Source of the DNA: Hamiltosporidium tvaerminnensis FI-OER-3-3
Lineage: Eukaryota; Fungi; Microsporidia
Assembly (NCBI GenBank): GCA_022605425.2
Contig: JAKIMF020000001.1
Coordinates: 558,001-622,000 of the forward strand
Direction: 5' to 3'
DNA length: 64,000 nt
Under the pieces are notes generated by a model that worked only from the letters and a program-made list of their open reading frames with translations, did no database searches and was not told the origin of the DNA. Positions 12,475 to 24,500 of this stretch are shown in pieces (position 1 is the stretch's first letter; each line of letters opens with the position of its first letter). The translations under genes and the position numbers were made by a program.

Positions 12475-15270
12475 TTTATTTAATAAAATTCTGGGTTAAA
12501 ATATTTTTACCATTTTTTACATGTTTTCTTCTACCTTCTTAACCACTTCTGTTTCTTCTTCCAAATCCGACTCTTTATTTATGTTATTGGTCGGTTCCTC
12601 TAAAGTGGTTCCTTCTTGTGAAATAAGGGTACTTTATTTTTCGGTTTAAAATTTTTTGCACCATCTTCCTCTCTCTTCTCTTCTTTTAAAGAGGGTGTTG
12701 GTTCCTCGTGCATCTCTACTCCCATAATAACACCCATTGACGTTCTCTCCCAGCTCTCTTCGGCATTTAGTCCTGACTCAAGTCCTCTTCGTCGATCAAA
12801 GGAAATTATTTCGACCGTCTTCTTAAGTACTATAGACTGAATGTATGCATCTACATTCATGGGTATTTCTAGTCTTTTAAGATGAGATTTATGGTATTTT
12901 GTCACAATACCGTCCCAGGTCATCACATAAAGGATTATCTCAACACTACACTTATAAATAAGACCCAACTCATTGGCTAGCAGGTCATACTTCCTAAGTT
13001 TTTCAGTTTCAACTATTTGAAGTGAATCTTGGGAAGTGATTCCTACTTCAATGAGTGTTATCTTATTCTTCTTCATATCTAAAATAAATATGTCCGGTCT
13101 GTTATTCCGAATTTTAACATCAGTTTTTATTCTGGTGTCTACTCTTATCTCTGCATACTCATTATCAAGAATTTCTTGAACTGAGTGACTCCTAATTCGT
13201 TTTGAAGACTTAAACTTATATCTATTTAGGAGAAGTAAGTGAAGGCATCTAACCACTTCATTATGCCGTCTAGTGTAATCATGGCCTAGCATTTTTTCAC
13301 ATCTAGTTGCTAGATGATCCACAGTCTTACCAGACTTCCCACAATGTTGACACACACCATCTGCTCCCCAGAATACATTTCTATCCTGGATATAGCAGAA
13401 CACAGCTTCATTTCGTGGCCTAATATTTACTCTATTTAGCCATCTTAAAGAGTCACTAACACTCACAAGTTCATTTTTTCTTGCCTTCTATAACTTTGAA
13501 TGGAGTTTTCGTTTTTCTATTTCGTTATTTAGTTTTGCAAGTTGAGCTTCTTCTAAACTTTTCTTAGTGACTTCTTCTACAAACCTGTACTTTACTTTTA
13601 AGAAGCCTTTTATTAGTGCAAGATGGGTTTATTATTATTCTCCATCTTCAGCATTGCTGCTCTTCTAGTTGATATTTCTTTACATTATTCCAGACAATCC
13701 AAGAGTTGCAGAAGCATATGTTCGCTTCGCAATTCAACACTATGTAGGCCTCTTCCAAGTTCTGTTCTAGGAAGATACAAACGCTCTTTACATCCTGGGC
13801 GGAGATGTATCTTATTCTTCACCGACACCGCACGCTCTGCCTTATCTAACTTAGAGAAGTCAGCCGGTCAAGTCGAAGTACTCCTATGTGATAGTTGATT
13901 AACGATATCGCATGTTGATTGATTGCAGAAAATAAATTTTTTGCATTTAATCTAGTGTGAGAAAGTCTTTCAACTCTTGATATAAGTTTGCTCTGTACTT
14001 CTTCAAATGAGCTACGTGTTGGAATTCCTCTGCTATCTTCTATTATTCCTAAATATTTGTAAACACTAACACCTTCTAGAAGAGTAGCAGTGTCTTCACA
14101 ACACGTATCATTTGTGGCTGACTTCTCTTTGTTAATCTCTAAGCCAATCACCTCTAAAAATTCCTTTGCCTCGCCTGTCATAGCACTCAATGTCGAGCTG
14201 TCTTTAGCAAGGAGCTTTAGATCATTAATAAACAAGAGATGAATAGTAGAATAGGATTCTGCATCTGTTTGTACTGTCACTTTTGTGTATTTTTCATTAA
14301 GCTTTCGGCTTAATGGATCCATATACAACACAAATAACAATGGTGACAAACTATCTCTTTGCAGAATCCCTCTATCAATCTTCTTGTTCATGATTTTTTC
14401 AGGCCCTACTGATATATCAATTTTCCATTTTGATATAATTACCTTAATAAATTTCAGGATCCAATCAGGTAAATTAAGGTTTTCAATGCATTGAGTTAAA
14501 TAAGCATGATCTATTGAATCATAAGCCTTCTTAACATCAATCCATGCTGCCTTAAGATTATTTCCATACTCTTTATTTAAGGCAATATTCAGTAGAGCCT
14601 GCTCTTTCGCTCCCTGCACACCTCTTACCGTCCCTAATTGGTTCTCTGCAAGCAACCCTCGCCTTTCCACTTCAATTTGAACGACTTTTGTCACACACTT
14701 TGTCGTTAACTTATAGAGGTTGGACATACAAGTGATTGGCCTGTAGTCAGAACCTCTTCGTGGAATTCCTTTCGGTATCAAATACGTAAGCCTGCAGTAA
14801 AACCAATCAGCTTGAGTTGTTCCTTCTAAACATATAACTACCACAATATCATAAAGATATTTGTGTAGAGTTGTAAGTTTCTTAATGAAAAAATTGTAAA
14901 TACCATCAATTCCAGCAGCTTTCCAATTGGGAAGCCAATTAATGATATTTACAAATTCATCAAGTCAAGGAAACGTGGTCGGATGATTATCTGATACAAA
15001 TGGAATCAAATAATCATCGTACATGACTGTTTCATCATTTTTGTTCCACATTGTAGACCAAAAACCCACAATTTCATCACGGCTAACCACATGCTCGGAT
15101 TCTACACGCTCAGATAACCCACGATAAAATCGACCTCGGAAAAGCTCAAACATACGATTCTCTTTTAGGAATTGCTTACTACTTTCATGCATCGCAATTT
15201 TTTTCTCATAAACGTTCAAAGACTCATTCATCTTAACTAAAGCCTCAGAAAGATCAGTTACACTGCAAAT
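12475..15270 (-). mobile_element. RLE-type (R4/Dong/R2-like) non-LTR retrotransposon with RT, CCHC and RLE endonuclease; inactivated
   Basis: RT motifs YRPITCM, WIDVKKAYDS, GILQRDSLSP, LFINDL and YKYLG. C-terminus has CQHC...HLATRC, RHNEV, RPDIF, IEV and KY. Broken by stops/frameshifts, and catalytic motifs are altered (QGD->QRD, xDD->xND). Confidence 0.95.
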
Positions 15271-15386
15271 ACATAATTAAATTTTTAATTTAAAATAAAT
15301 TATTTAATCGTTTAATTCAAATTATCAAGGCATTTTATTTCAAGAATTAATTAATTAATTAAAAATAAGTTCTTGTTATATCATAA

Positions 15387-16108
15387 TGTGGAGGGAAGAT
15401 AACCACATAAAAAACTTTCTGCTTGGCAATGAGTGGGTGAAACTGGTGTGAAGATCATTGTTTGGATTTTTGGTGGGAATACAACCACACTACATCTTCG
15501 GTTGTTCCATGAGAGTTGTTATGAGGAGAAGAGGTCTAAGAAATGGAGAAACTTTTTCTACAAATTTATTTGTAGTTTTTTATGTAACCAGATTGCAGAC
15601 TGCGGCTGAACTAGTAGGTAATTGCCATTTAAAAGCATGGAAACCTAGCCTTGATCACTCGGGTTAGAAGACTTAGCGCCTGGAAGATATAAAAATAAAA
15701 CCCATTAAAAGCCGGGAGAGCTAAGTAGCAGTTTATACCTGTTTGTATGACATTGCACTGTCTAGGTGAACCCCATGTAAATCTCTGGAATATATCTTAG
15801 CTAGAAGTTTATTGGGTTAGGAAAGTGTAGAGTAAGTGGGAATGCTGCATAGTCTTGGAGGAGCCCAGGGGGGGCTTCGGCCTTCGATCACACTCCATGC
15901 AACGGACATTAACGAACTCCGAGAAACAGCCTCGCCTATTAATTAGGTTTTACATACCTAGTAGATGAAAGGCTATGGGGCGTAGGTATCGCAGGGGGTA
16001 CTGATGGTGTGGTGGGGTAGTAGTTATTTATTTTAAACTTAGAACTACTTTAACCTGATGAAAACAAACATAATACTTGCTCCTGTTTCAAAAGATGTGC
16101 TACTTTTA
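15387..16108 (+). repeat. Dispersed non-coding repeat family A (~700 bp), best-preserved copy
   Basis: Starts TGTGGAGGGAAGATAACCACAT and aligns by eye to 32609-33260, 37400-38090, 45062-45778 (reverse) and 50600-51090 (reverse). No conserved long ORF. Confidence 0.9.
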
Positions 16109-16349
16109 TAATAATTTACTAACTGTTAGTGTTTTTTTAAGAATACCTAAAAAAATATTATCAGGGCGTGTTAAAATAATGCAATCTGTTACATTTAAGG
16201 ATACGGAGAAAGCCTTTCACTTAAGAAAGCTCTATAAATTTCTTGGAATATTAGCAACTAGCTATAAAAAACTACACCAGCATGATAAAAATGGGCGCAA
16301 TAATGACATGATTCAATGTCAAAATTTATTTCATTGAATAAATATTTGT

Positions 16350-17100
16350 TCAAGACTTAAACCGGATTAAGAGTTACTCAGATCGCGAAAATTTTTTTAT
16401 TAGTATATGGAAATAAGACTATACACTAATAGTAAAAAACCTTATATATGCAAATACACACGAATATATTTTTTTTAGATAAAAAATATAGGATTACATC
16501 AACTGAGATAAATGCACTTTACAAAATTAAATTAATATAATATACTGGAAAAAACAAATAATTGTATTTTGTTCGATATGAATCATATATTATATTCCTT
16601 TTTTAAGGAAAAGCTTAAATATGATAATTCAAAATTTTATTGTACCTAAATACCAATAGCCGAGTGTTTAATAAGTCAATACTAATTCACTCAAACCAAT
16701 ATATTAAATAAATCGGCTAAAAAGTATTTTAAGAGATATTTAATCTACAAAGTTGCTTAGAGTACAAGATCAAATGCCTCATGAAGTAGGAAAATACATA
16801 AGTGGCTTTCATAAAGGTAGCTGATGGATACCAACAACAAATACGCGTTCATTAAAACGATGTTTATAAGCAAATAAATACCAAGAGTTTTGAACTTCAG
16901 AGTGTGGATAAAAATACCGAAATCAATACTTTTTACTATGTATATAAAAAAAATAACTTCATAGAATATTCAAATAAATGAGAAAAGAAGTTAAATAAAC
17001 AAGCCAAAAATATGGAAGAAATACAGCGAAGTAGCATTAATTTTTTCTATTTTATTGTGCGAAAGGAAAAAAATAGAAATTTATAGATTTATAAGCTGTT
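16350..17100 (+). mobile_element. Possible highly decayed DDE (piggyBac-like) transposase relic
   Basis: Only scattered, weak peptide resemblances around 16780-16860, 16920 and 17055-17080. No ORF and no TIR identified. Confidence 0.2.
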
Positions 17101-17879
17101 TTGGAAAATAAAAACATTATTAAATAAACATCAAATATCACGGAATTATAACCGTTTTTCTATTGTAATCGTATAAATATTTTCTACCAAAGATACTTTG
17201 TTTCTTGCTGTTTCAACAAAAGTAAAGCAATAATTGGGTACTTTGGGATGGTAAACTCGATTATTGTTCGTTGAAATTATGTTTAGAATACCAAATTCGT
17301 AAGTACTAAATTTTATCGTAGAAATGAACTTATAAATATATTTTACGACGCTTAAAATATCTAACTTTTGCATAATATGTAGCTTAACTTTATGTGATGG
17401 TGTTTGACTCATAACTTCATTTATTATTACTCGAAAAGTAAATCATATTTTCTTGTTTGTTCGTGGTTTGAACAATAAATTTGTAAAATTTTGCTTCTAA
17501 AAAGAATGAAAGTGATAATTTATAAACATTTGGCATACTTATAACATTACTTATGTTTGTATACATAGATTGAAATTTGGTCTTGATTTTAATGCCATTT
17601 TTTGAACATAAGAATAAATGCAAATCAAATCCGTTAATTTATTGATGGAAACATATTGGCTAACACTGCAGAAAATTTTACAAGAAAGTATTTAGTTTGA
17701 AAATAAACAGCAGAATAGAGAAAAAATTAAAAAATTGTATGGTAAATATAAAATCACAGATTAAATAAGTTAATAAATAAATTAAAATACAAACATGCAA
17801 TAAAAGTTAAAATCAAATTATCTAAAAAGATTTAAAATAAATTTATTTTTTTAATAAATCACGAAGTATTTATTTATTC

Positions 17880-19167
17880 TTATTTACTATTGGTTATAGT
17901 CTTGATTATTTCTTTAAATTCCGAAGGAGATGTTGCCGTCAAATTTAGTAGAACCTTTTTTACATCGTAAAAGTCTCTTGTCAAATCACATATATTAATT
18001 ATTTTAAACATTAATATATCAGGATCAAAATTTATTTGCTTCTTTATTATGATTCTCAAATCATATTTTATTTTATTATTTAAGGTGAGGTTTGAAAATT
18101 GAAGTGACCTTTTGATTTCTAATGTATATAAGAATAAATCAAGTGAATAAAGCTTGAATTATCTTATCGTCTATTTTACATCTTCTGGTTATGAAAATAC
18201 AATAAAAAACGAATTCTTTGACTTTTTGCAGTCCAGTTGATATTTTATGATTTTTTATTATAATATATTTATTGATTCGGAACTTTACAGATTCATTTTT
18301 TAGATAATTTAACTTATTCAATATATTTTTTGAGGATACGTTTGATTTTGAATTCTCATTTAGATCTCGTTTGAATACAGAATATAGATCAGAATATAGG
18401 AAAGAAATGCTTTGAATCTTTTGTTTTGCTCTTTCAATGAGTTCTAGTATAAATTCATATTCTAAAGCACAAATAACATATTGTTGTATATTCTCTATAA
18501 TTGAGTCTTCAAGACAAGCAATCCTATTTTTAATAATGTTTGTAAATCTCTTTTCTATCATAATTACTAATTTTAAAGAAAAATAAGATTCATGCTTTCT
18601 CAATATTTCGATCAATGTATTTTTTTCATAATATTCTGATTGTTTTGGCTGGATGATAAATACTCTATCATATTTTGTCGAAATTCTATTTAAAAATTTG
18701 AAACATTTCTCAAAAAAGAAAATAAATCGTAGAATAAATAAATAAGTTGTTCTAGGATTTAAAAGAAGTAAATTTTCTTTAAATGCTGTAGAAATTTTCT
18801 CATTGGATATAAAATTTATCAATAAATGTGTTTCATTTTTATGTAGTGAAAAAACAAGAAAATTGCTTACGAATGGATTCAAACCATAAGATACAATAAC
18901 GAAGTTAAAATCTAGGGAATTCTTAGGAATGCATTTTAAAATTTCAGAACATGTTTGTTCTGTTCTATTTTTCTCATCAATAATCATTACATGCAAATCA
19001 TATAATAAACTTTCTAAAAGTTGGTTTTTGACTGATTCAACATATAGATCTAAAAAACGACAAATCTCTATTCTTAAATTATCAATATAATCTTTGTTAT
19101 TCCCCTTTAGAGCAACATAACGATTTGTCAGAAAAATAAATTGAATTATCTGATTCATGAGCATCAT
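17880..19167 (-). CDS. Hypothetical protein, paralog of 10872-12164; +1 frameshift at 18139-18144, 428 aa when joined
   Basis: ORF 18139-19167 ends ACT TGA. The +1 frame continues DLFLYTLEIKRS...YDVKKVLLNL...TNSK* to 17880, matching the paralog C-terminus with no further lesion. Confidence 0.8.
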
Positions 19168-21299
19168 TATGATATTAAGGATAATTTTTTTTTATAGTTA
19201 TAATCAATTAATGAAATATAAAAATATATTTAGAGGATTTTTTAAGAATATAACTGATAAGTCTTCTAATATTTAGAATTTTCTTTTTTTAATTCTCAGA
19301 TTGATAACAACTATTTTTAAAAATTTAATCTTAATTAAAAATCTAAACTTTTTTTCTTCATAGATTTTCAAATTAATTCCATTATCATTTAAACCATCTC
19401 TTTTCTTAATTAGAACTTACAATATAACTCTTTACTTTTATATAAACTTTAATTGTTTATATTTAAAATTTTTGATATTATTAAAAATAATCACTTAAAT
19501 TAAATTTTCTCTTTGTGATAAATTAAATTTTACTAAATTATTAATATAGATAGCGAATTGGTTTTGATATTCGTATCTATTCGAAAAATTATTAGTTTCT
19601 GTCCATATATTTTAAAGAAAGAACATAACTATCTAAAATATTTTGCCTTTAACACAAATAAACGTTCTATTCAGTTAAAAACGCTTAAAATTAGAATCGA
19701 GGGTTTCAAATAAGAAATTTGAACTATTCAACCTTTTAAAATAAAAAGATGATTGTAATATCAAGTTCTAAATATTGATAAAATGATGATATTGTATTAA
19801 ATAAGCAAGATATTTAATTGAACTTAAATGTTTAAATGATTTATATAACAACTAATTTACACATATAACGTTTTTTGTATCATATTTGTTCGAATTATTT
19901 AAGAAGTAAGATACCTTAGAAATAAAAAACAAATATACTATATAGAATATCAATTACTATCATTAAAAATATTACCAGAATCACAAAATTATATGTATAT
20001 TTATATTTTAACTTAAAGAAATATAGTAGCATTCTTGATTATATCTCATTTATAATTCGAGTGCTATATATCCTTATAAAGCACTAATTGATTCGTGCCT
20101 TCTTCTTGTCATCTTGTAAATAGTTCTTTTATTTAATTGCTTTACTTAAATGCGAAATATTTTTTTAGTTTGAATTGAAACATTATTTTCGATTAACTTA
20201 TCTAGTTTCCTGTATATTTTAATTAATCCGAGTTTCATTTATTAAACACTTAATTTTACTTTTAACATTGTGATATAACAAAGGCTTTTTTATTGTTCAT
20301 AAATTTTATTTCGTTTCTAAATCTTATGTTAATTTAGTATAATATAGTTTAGATTTAGTTGATTTGTAGATAAAATAAGCTATTTAAATTATAGAAGAAA
20401 CATTAAATATTGATTATATGCAGATATTGATTATAGATGAGAACCAAATATGCATTAAATACACTGGTTTGAATTCAATTCAATTAAGCTAATTCAGAGT
20501 AATTCGGTCCTTGTCTTCAAAAAAAACAGAGATTAGGTCTCGAAAAAGCCAGATTACAATTTCTGTAACGTAAAGATATATTAAAGCCTGTAATATAGTT
20601 TGAAAATCTAATAGTATAGGGTTATTTTATCTTTATGGAAGCAATATATTAATAGAAGTCTTAGTTTTAATTTTACATTGCCTTTTTACTCATAATTTCA
20701 TTTTGGCATAGTAAATATAAAAAAATTTTAATAAGAGACTTATTACTTGATAAAAACCCAAAAATAAAAAAATTTCTTGTTTTGTTTATTTAATTTATAT
20801 ACTATGTTCCAGAATTATTTCATAAAAATAGCACAAAATCAATTTCTATTTTTTTTCACAATATTACCTTTATATTCTTTTCTTTAAATACACATCTGCT
20901 ATAATATATCAAAATCAAGAATATCAGCTTACAAGTTTAATATTTAATCCTTTAGACTCCATAATGAAGCTGTGTAGTTTTAGCTACTTACTAAGCTACA
21001 TATCAATTTAAATGTACCTTATCGTAATACTTGTTCGATAAAGGGAAATCATGATTCTTAATTGTAATTGGAAATTATTTAAAACTTTGGATTTTTTGAA
21101 CTATTCTTTTGCTAAATAATGAAGTTTAAGTAAATATTGGTTTTCTTTGAAAAAGCGGTTTTTTCTGAAGATAATTTTTTGTCTGCTTCAAAAATATACA
21201 AATCTACAAAATATAATTTAGGTCGCAACTAGCAGGGGATAGTAACCATTTGTGTTAGATACAGCCTAAGAGGTTTCATCTTTTATCAAAAAGATGAGG

Positions 21300-22900
21300 T
21301 AAAATATGGTAGAAAGATTAGGACCATGTCTTTTCTAAATTTAAAAAATCGATTCATTAAAACTGAAGTAATTGTGTATTTTTTTGATACAAAGAAAACG
21401 TATTTTTAGTGCATCAAATATTTTTTGCACAACTTCTTGAAAAAGACTTTTCAAGAGAGGAAAACTGTATTATACCTATTATTTTGGATAAAAATTTCGA
21501 TATTAGTTTGCCATCTATATCATTATAGAGTACTTATAGACAGAATATTTCTCTATAAGTGTAATGATTTCTCAATGGCATTACAATTCGTTACTGTTTT
21601 ATAATCAAATTTCTAAGCTTCTCTCCTATAAGAATAATTTGTTTTTGTGCCATTAAGACAGGATTATAACAAAGATTTTGAATGGCGAGAATTCTTAGAT
21701 GAACAAAAAATCATTTGTATTTTGATTCTGTTCATGTACTTATAACTTTTTTCCAGGGTTACTAGCTTTATACTATAAATCCGTACATAACAAAATAAAC
21801 TATAAAACAAATTATCATCTTTCATCTGGTATATTATATTTTATTTGATGCTTTCAGTTGCCAGAATAAAATATTGATTTCGAATTATATAAGCTACAGA
21901 TCTATATGGAATGTTTATGTTTTAAATACATCATATTAAATGAGCCCAATACGTTGTATTGTGGTCTTTATTATTGATGCATTATATTCTTAAGAACAAG
22001 TCGGGAAACATAAATATAAATTATTATTTTACTATCCATATATTTAAACAAACTTAGAATTATTTGATACAAGAAATTATGTCTTTGCAATATTTCTTGG
22101 AAATTTTAACTGAATTAATAGTAGATTGATTTTAATATGTCGAAAAAACATAAATCAAAAAAAGTCATGACTTTTTTAAATAATAAACTATTTTTCGGCT
22201 TGTTACTTGCTATAAGAATCAAAAAACAATTTTCAAGAGTATTTAACCTTGGCATTTCATTTTCAGATTTTGGTCATTTTTTTGACAGAATAAATTTTTA
22301 GCCCACATCGACCCTGTAATCACAAAAAAATTAAATTGTTCTTTTACTGCCTCAGAATTTATACCGTCTTTTGTTGGTGGGTTCATTTATTGCCAGTTTA
22401 TTCTTTTATATTAAGTTTCATTTTTATTTTTTATAATGTGATTCTCATTGAAGCCAGATCTTCCAAAATTTAAAGTTCTCTTTTTTGTATATTTTTAGCT
22501 TAATAGATTCACACCTCAATTCACAGTTTTAAATTGAATTATAATTTATATGTGTTTTCAGTTTCTTCTATGCTTTTCAATTATACTATTTACTAACCTT
22601 CATATATATTTAGTCTTGACTAAACTTCTCTTTTTGATCAAAAGAAATACCTGATTGTCTTTTTGTGTATTATTAACTTCATAGATACATTTGCTCATGT
22701 GAGCATCTAAGGTCATTAAGGATAGCTTTAAGATGTTTTATAATATGTTTCATTGCATTTCACAAAGAATTGCATATTACTATACTACTATTATGATTTT
22801 TAAATTAATCAAAAAGTCTTTTGTAAGGGTTTTCTCGGCTCTAATCATTTAAAGTGGGTCTCATGGTGGAATTGTGATTACGATGTGTGTGATAAAATGA
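21300..22900 (-). mobile_element. Possible decayed LTR-retrotransposon integrase region
   Basis: Minus-strand remnant resembling YxPxxNG at ~21650-21670 plus other weak integrase-core-like pieces. No open frame. Confidence 0.25.
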
Positions 22901-24500
22901 AATTATTCACAGGAATAAAAACATTTCTGGCTACAATTTCGACTTTTAGCATCAGCTTATAATATGATTTCCAGTTTAAATTAGCCTATACACTTCCAAA
23001 AATTTCTCAAAAAAAGTGATCCAATGTTCGTCTAAAAAATTCATTGTATTTTTCAAGTGGAAGAAATGTATATTACGTGCATACCATTTTTTTTCTGTTA
23101 TAATTTCGTGTTAAAAGCCTCATTAAAATAATTGCTACGTATCAATAACAATAGAACAAGTATTTTAAACAAACATTTTGTTCTTAAGAATTTTCCAAAA
23201 TATCTCCTGTAAAATTCAACTGAATTCTTAAAGAAACTATTTTCTATGAAAGTAGTTTGCTAAAGTATTACTTTGATATATGCCCGAAGGACGGATATCG
23301 TTTTCAGTGTAAAAAAACACAGACCTGCATAGCTTTCATAATGCGTAAATTTAAAAGGAAATTTGAAAATAATTGCTTCGCTTCTCAAATGATTAAATTG
23401 TTATTTCCTTTATACCGAGCACTGCTATGGCTTAGCACATTGTATAAAAAACCTTTAAATATCAATATAAACACCTCGAAACACAATTTTGTTTTTATGC
23501 TCGAAAACCGAAATAAAAAGCTATTTTAAAGGTTCTAATCTTTATTTTAAGAAATAATTTTTGCTTATTTTCAATAATAACCAGAATTATATAATTTTTT
23601 TTGTTTACTTAAACGTAAACTACATATTTAAAATAAAGTTTTTTTATTGTTTACTTAAAAATATTATTTGCCAAAAATATAATCCTAATTCTTATTAAAT
23701 ATTTTTTTTTGAACGAAACCTCTTTGATTGTTTCTACTCCTCCGTTCTTCTGTACAGCGAAAAATGGTTTTTTCATCAAATCTGTCGCGTGCTTTTATAA
23801 AAAAATACTGAAGAAGCTGTATTAAGAAATTTAATCTATTTCCTTTCATTAAGAGATATTTCAGTCTTATGTATACATTTTATATCATCACTTAATAGTA
23901 ATATTTAATAGGCTATGTATATTTTAAATATAAAAGATATATCAGTAGTGATTTTACTTCTCTTTATCATAAATATAAAATCTTTATAACAAAATTTCCA
24001 ATCTTATTCTCATAAAATTTTGTTTTTTGTTAAAATATCTTTATAAAACCAAGCGTTTCGATTAAATTCATTTTTCTAACGAACGATTTCGAAGAAAAAT
24101 AATAGGATCGATAATATTATAAAAAAACATTGATGGAAATAAAAATCTAGCAAGTATCTAGAATAAAATTCATTGTAAAAAAAATTATGATGAAACGAAT
24201 AATATAAAAATAATAATCGATGAAGTAGAATATCAATATTGAGAAAATTTTGTACTATAATTTCAATGTTAAAGTATAAATAAACATTATAATATAATGT
24301 GAGGGAGATTCTAAAAATATAAAATATTTGTAATATAGCACTAGATAATTTATATATTATAACGTTATAAGATCGTTTTTTAGACTGGTTTTCTTTTTAA
24401 TAATAATAAATTAAAAATTAATCAGAAAAATATTTTTCTGATCAAAAAATTAGATAAAACACTCAAAGAATATATTTAATTAAAAAAAGTTAACACCCAC

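Noticed and set aside
13846-13880. Frameshift in the retrotransposon RT region as programmed recoding
   Set aside because: It is a single-base deletion (-1) in a copy that also has mutated catalytic motifs and other stops, i.e. ordinary decay.
15458-15667. Short ORFs within repeat A (also 45499-45708, 45508-45693, 32801-32986)
   Set aside because: Frames are not preserved across copies and starts are often non-ATG. Their similarity reflects repeat homology only.
16050-16070. CTGATGA as a hammerhead ribozyme core in repeat A
   Set aside because: Other copies read GTCATGA or GCCATGA here, and no stems with a properly placed GAAA were found.
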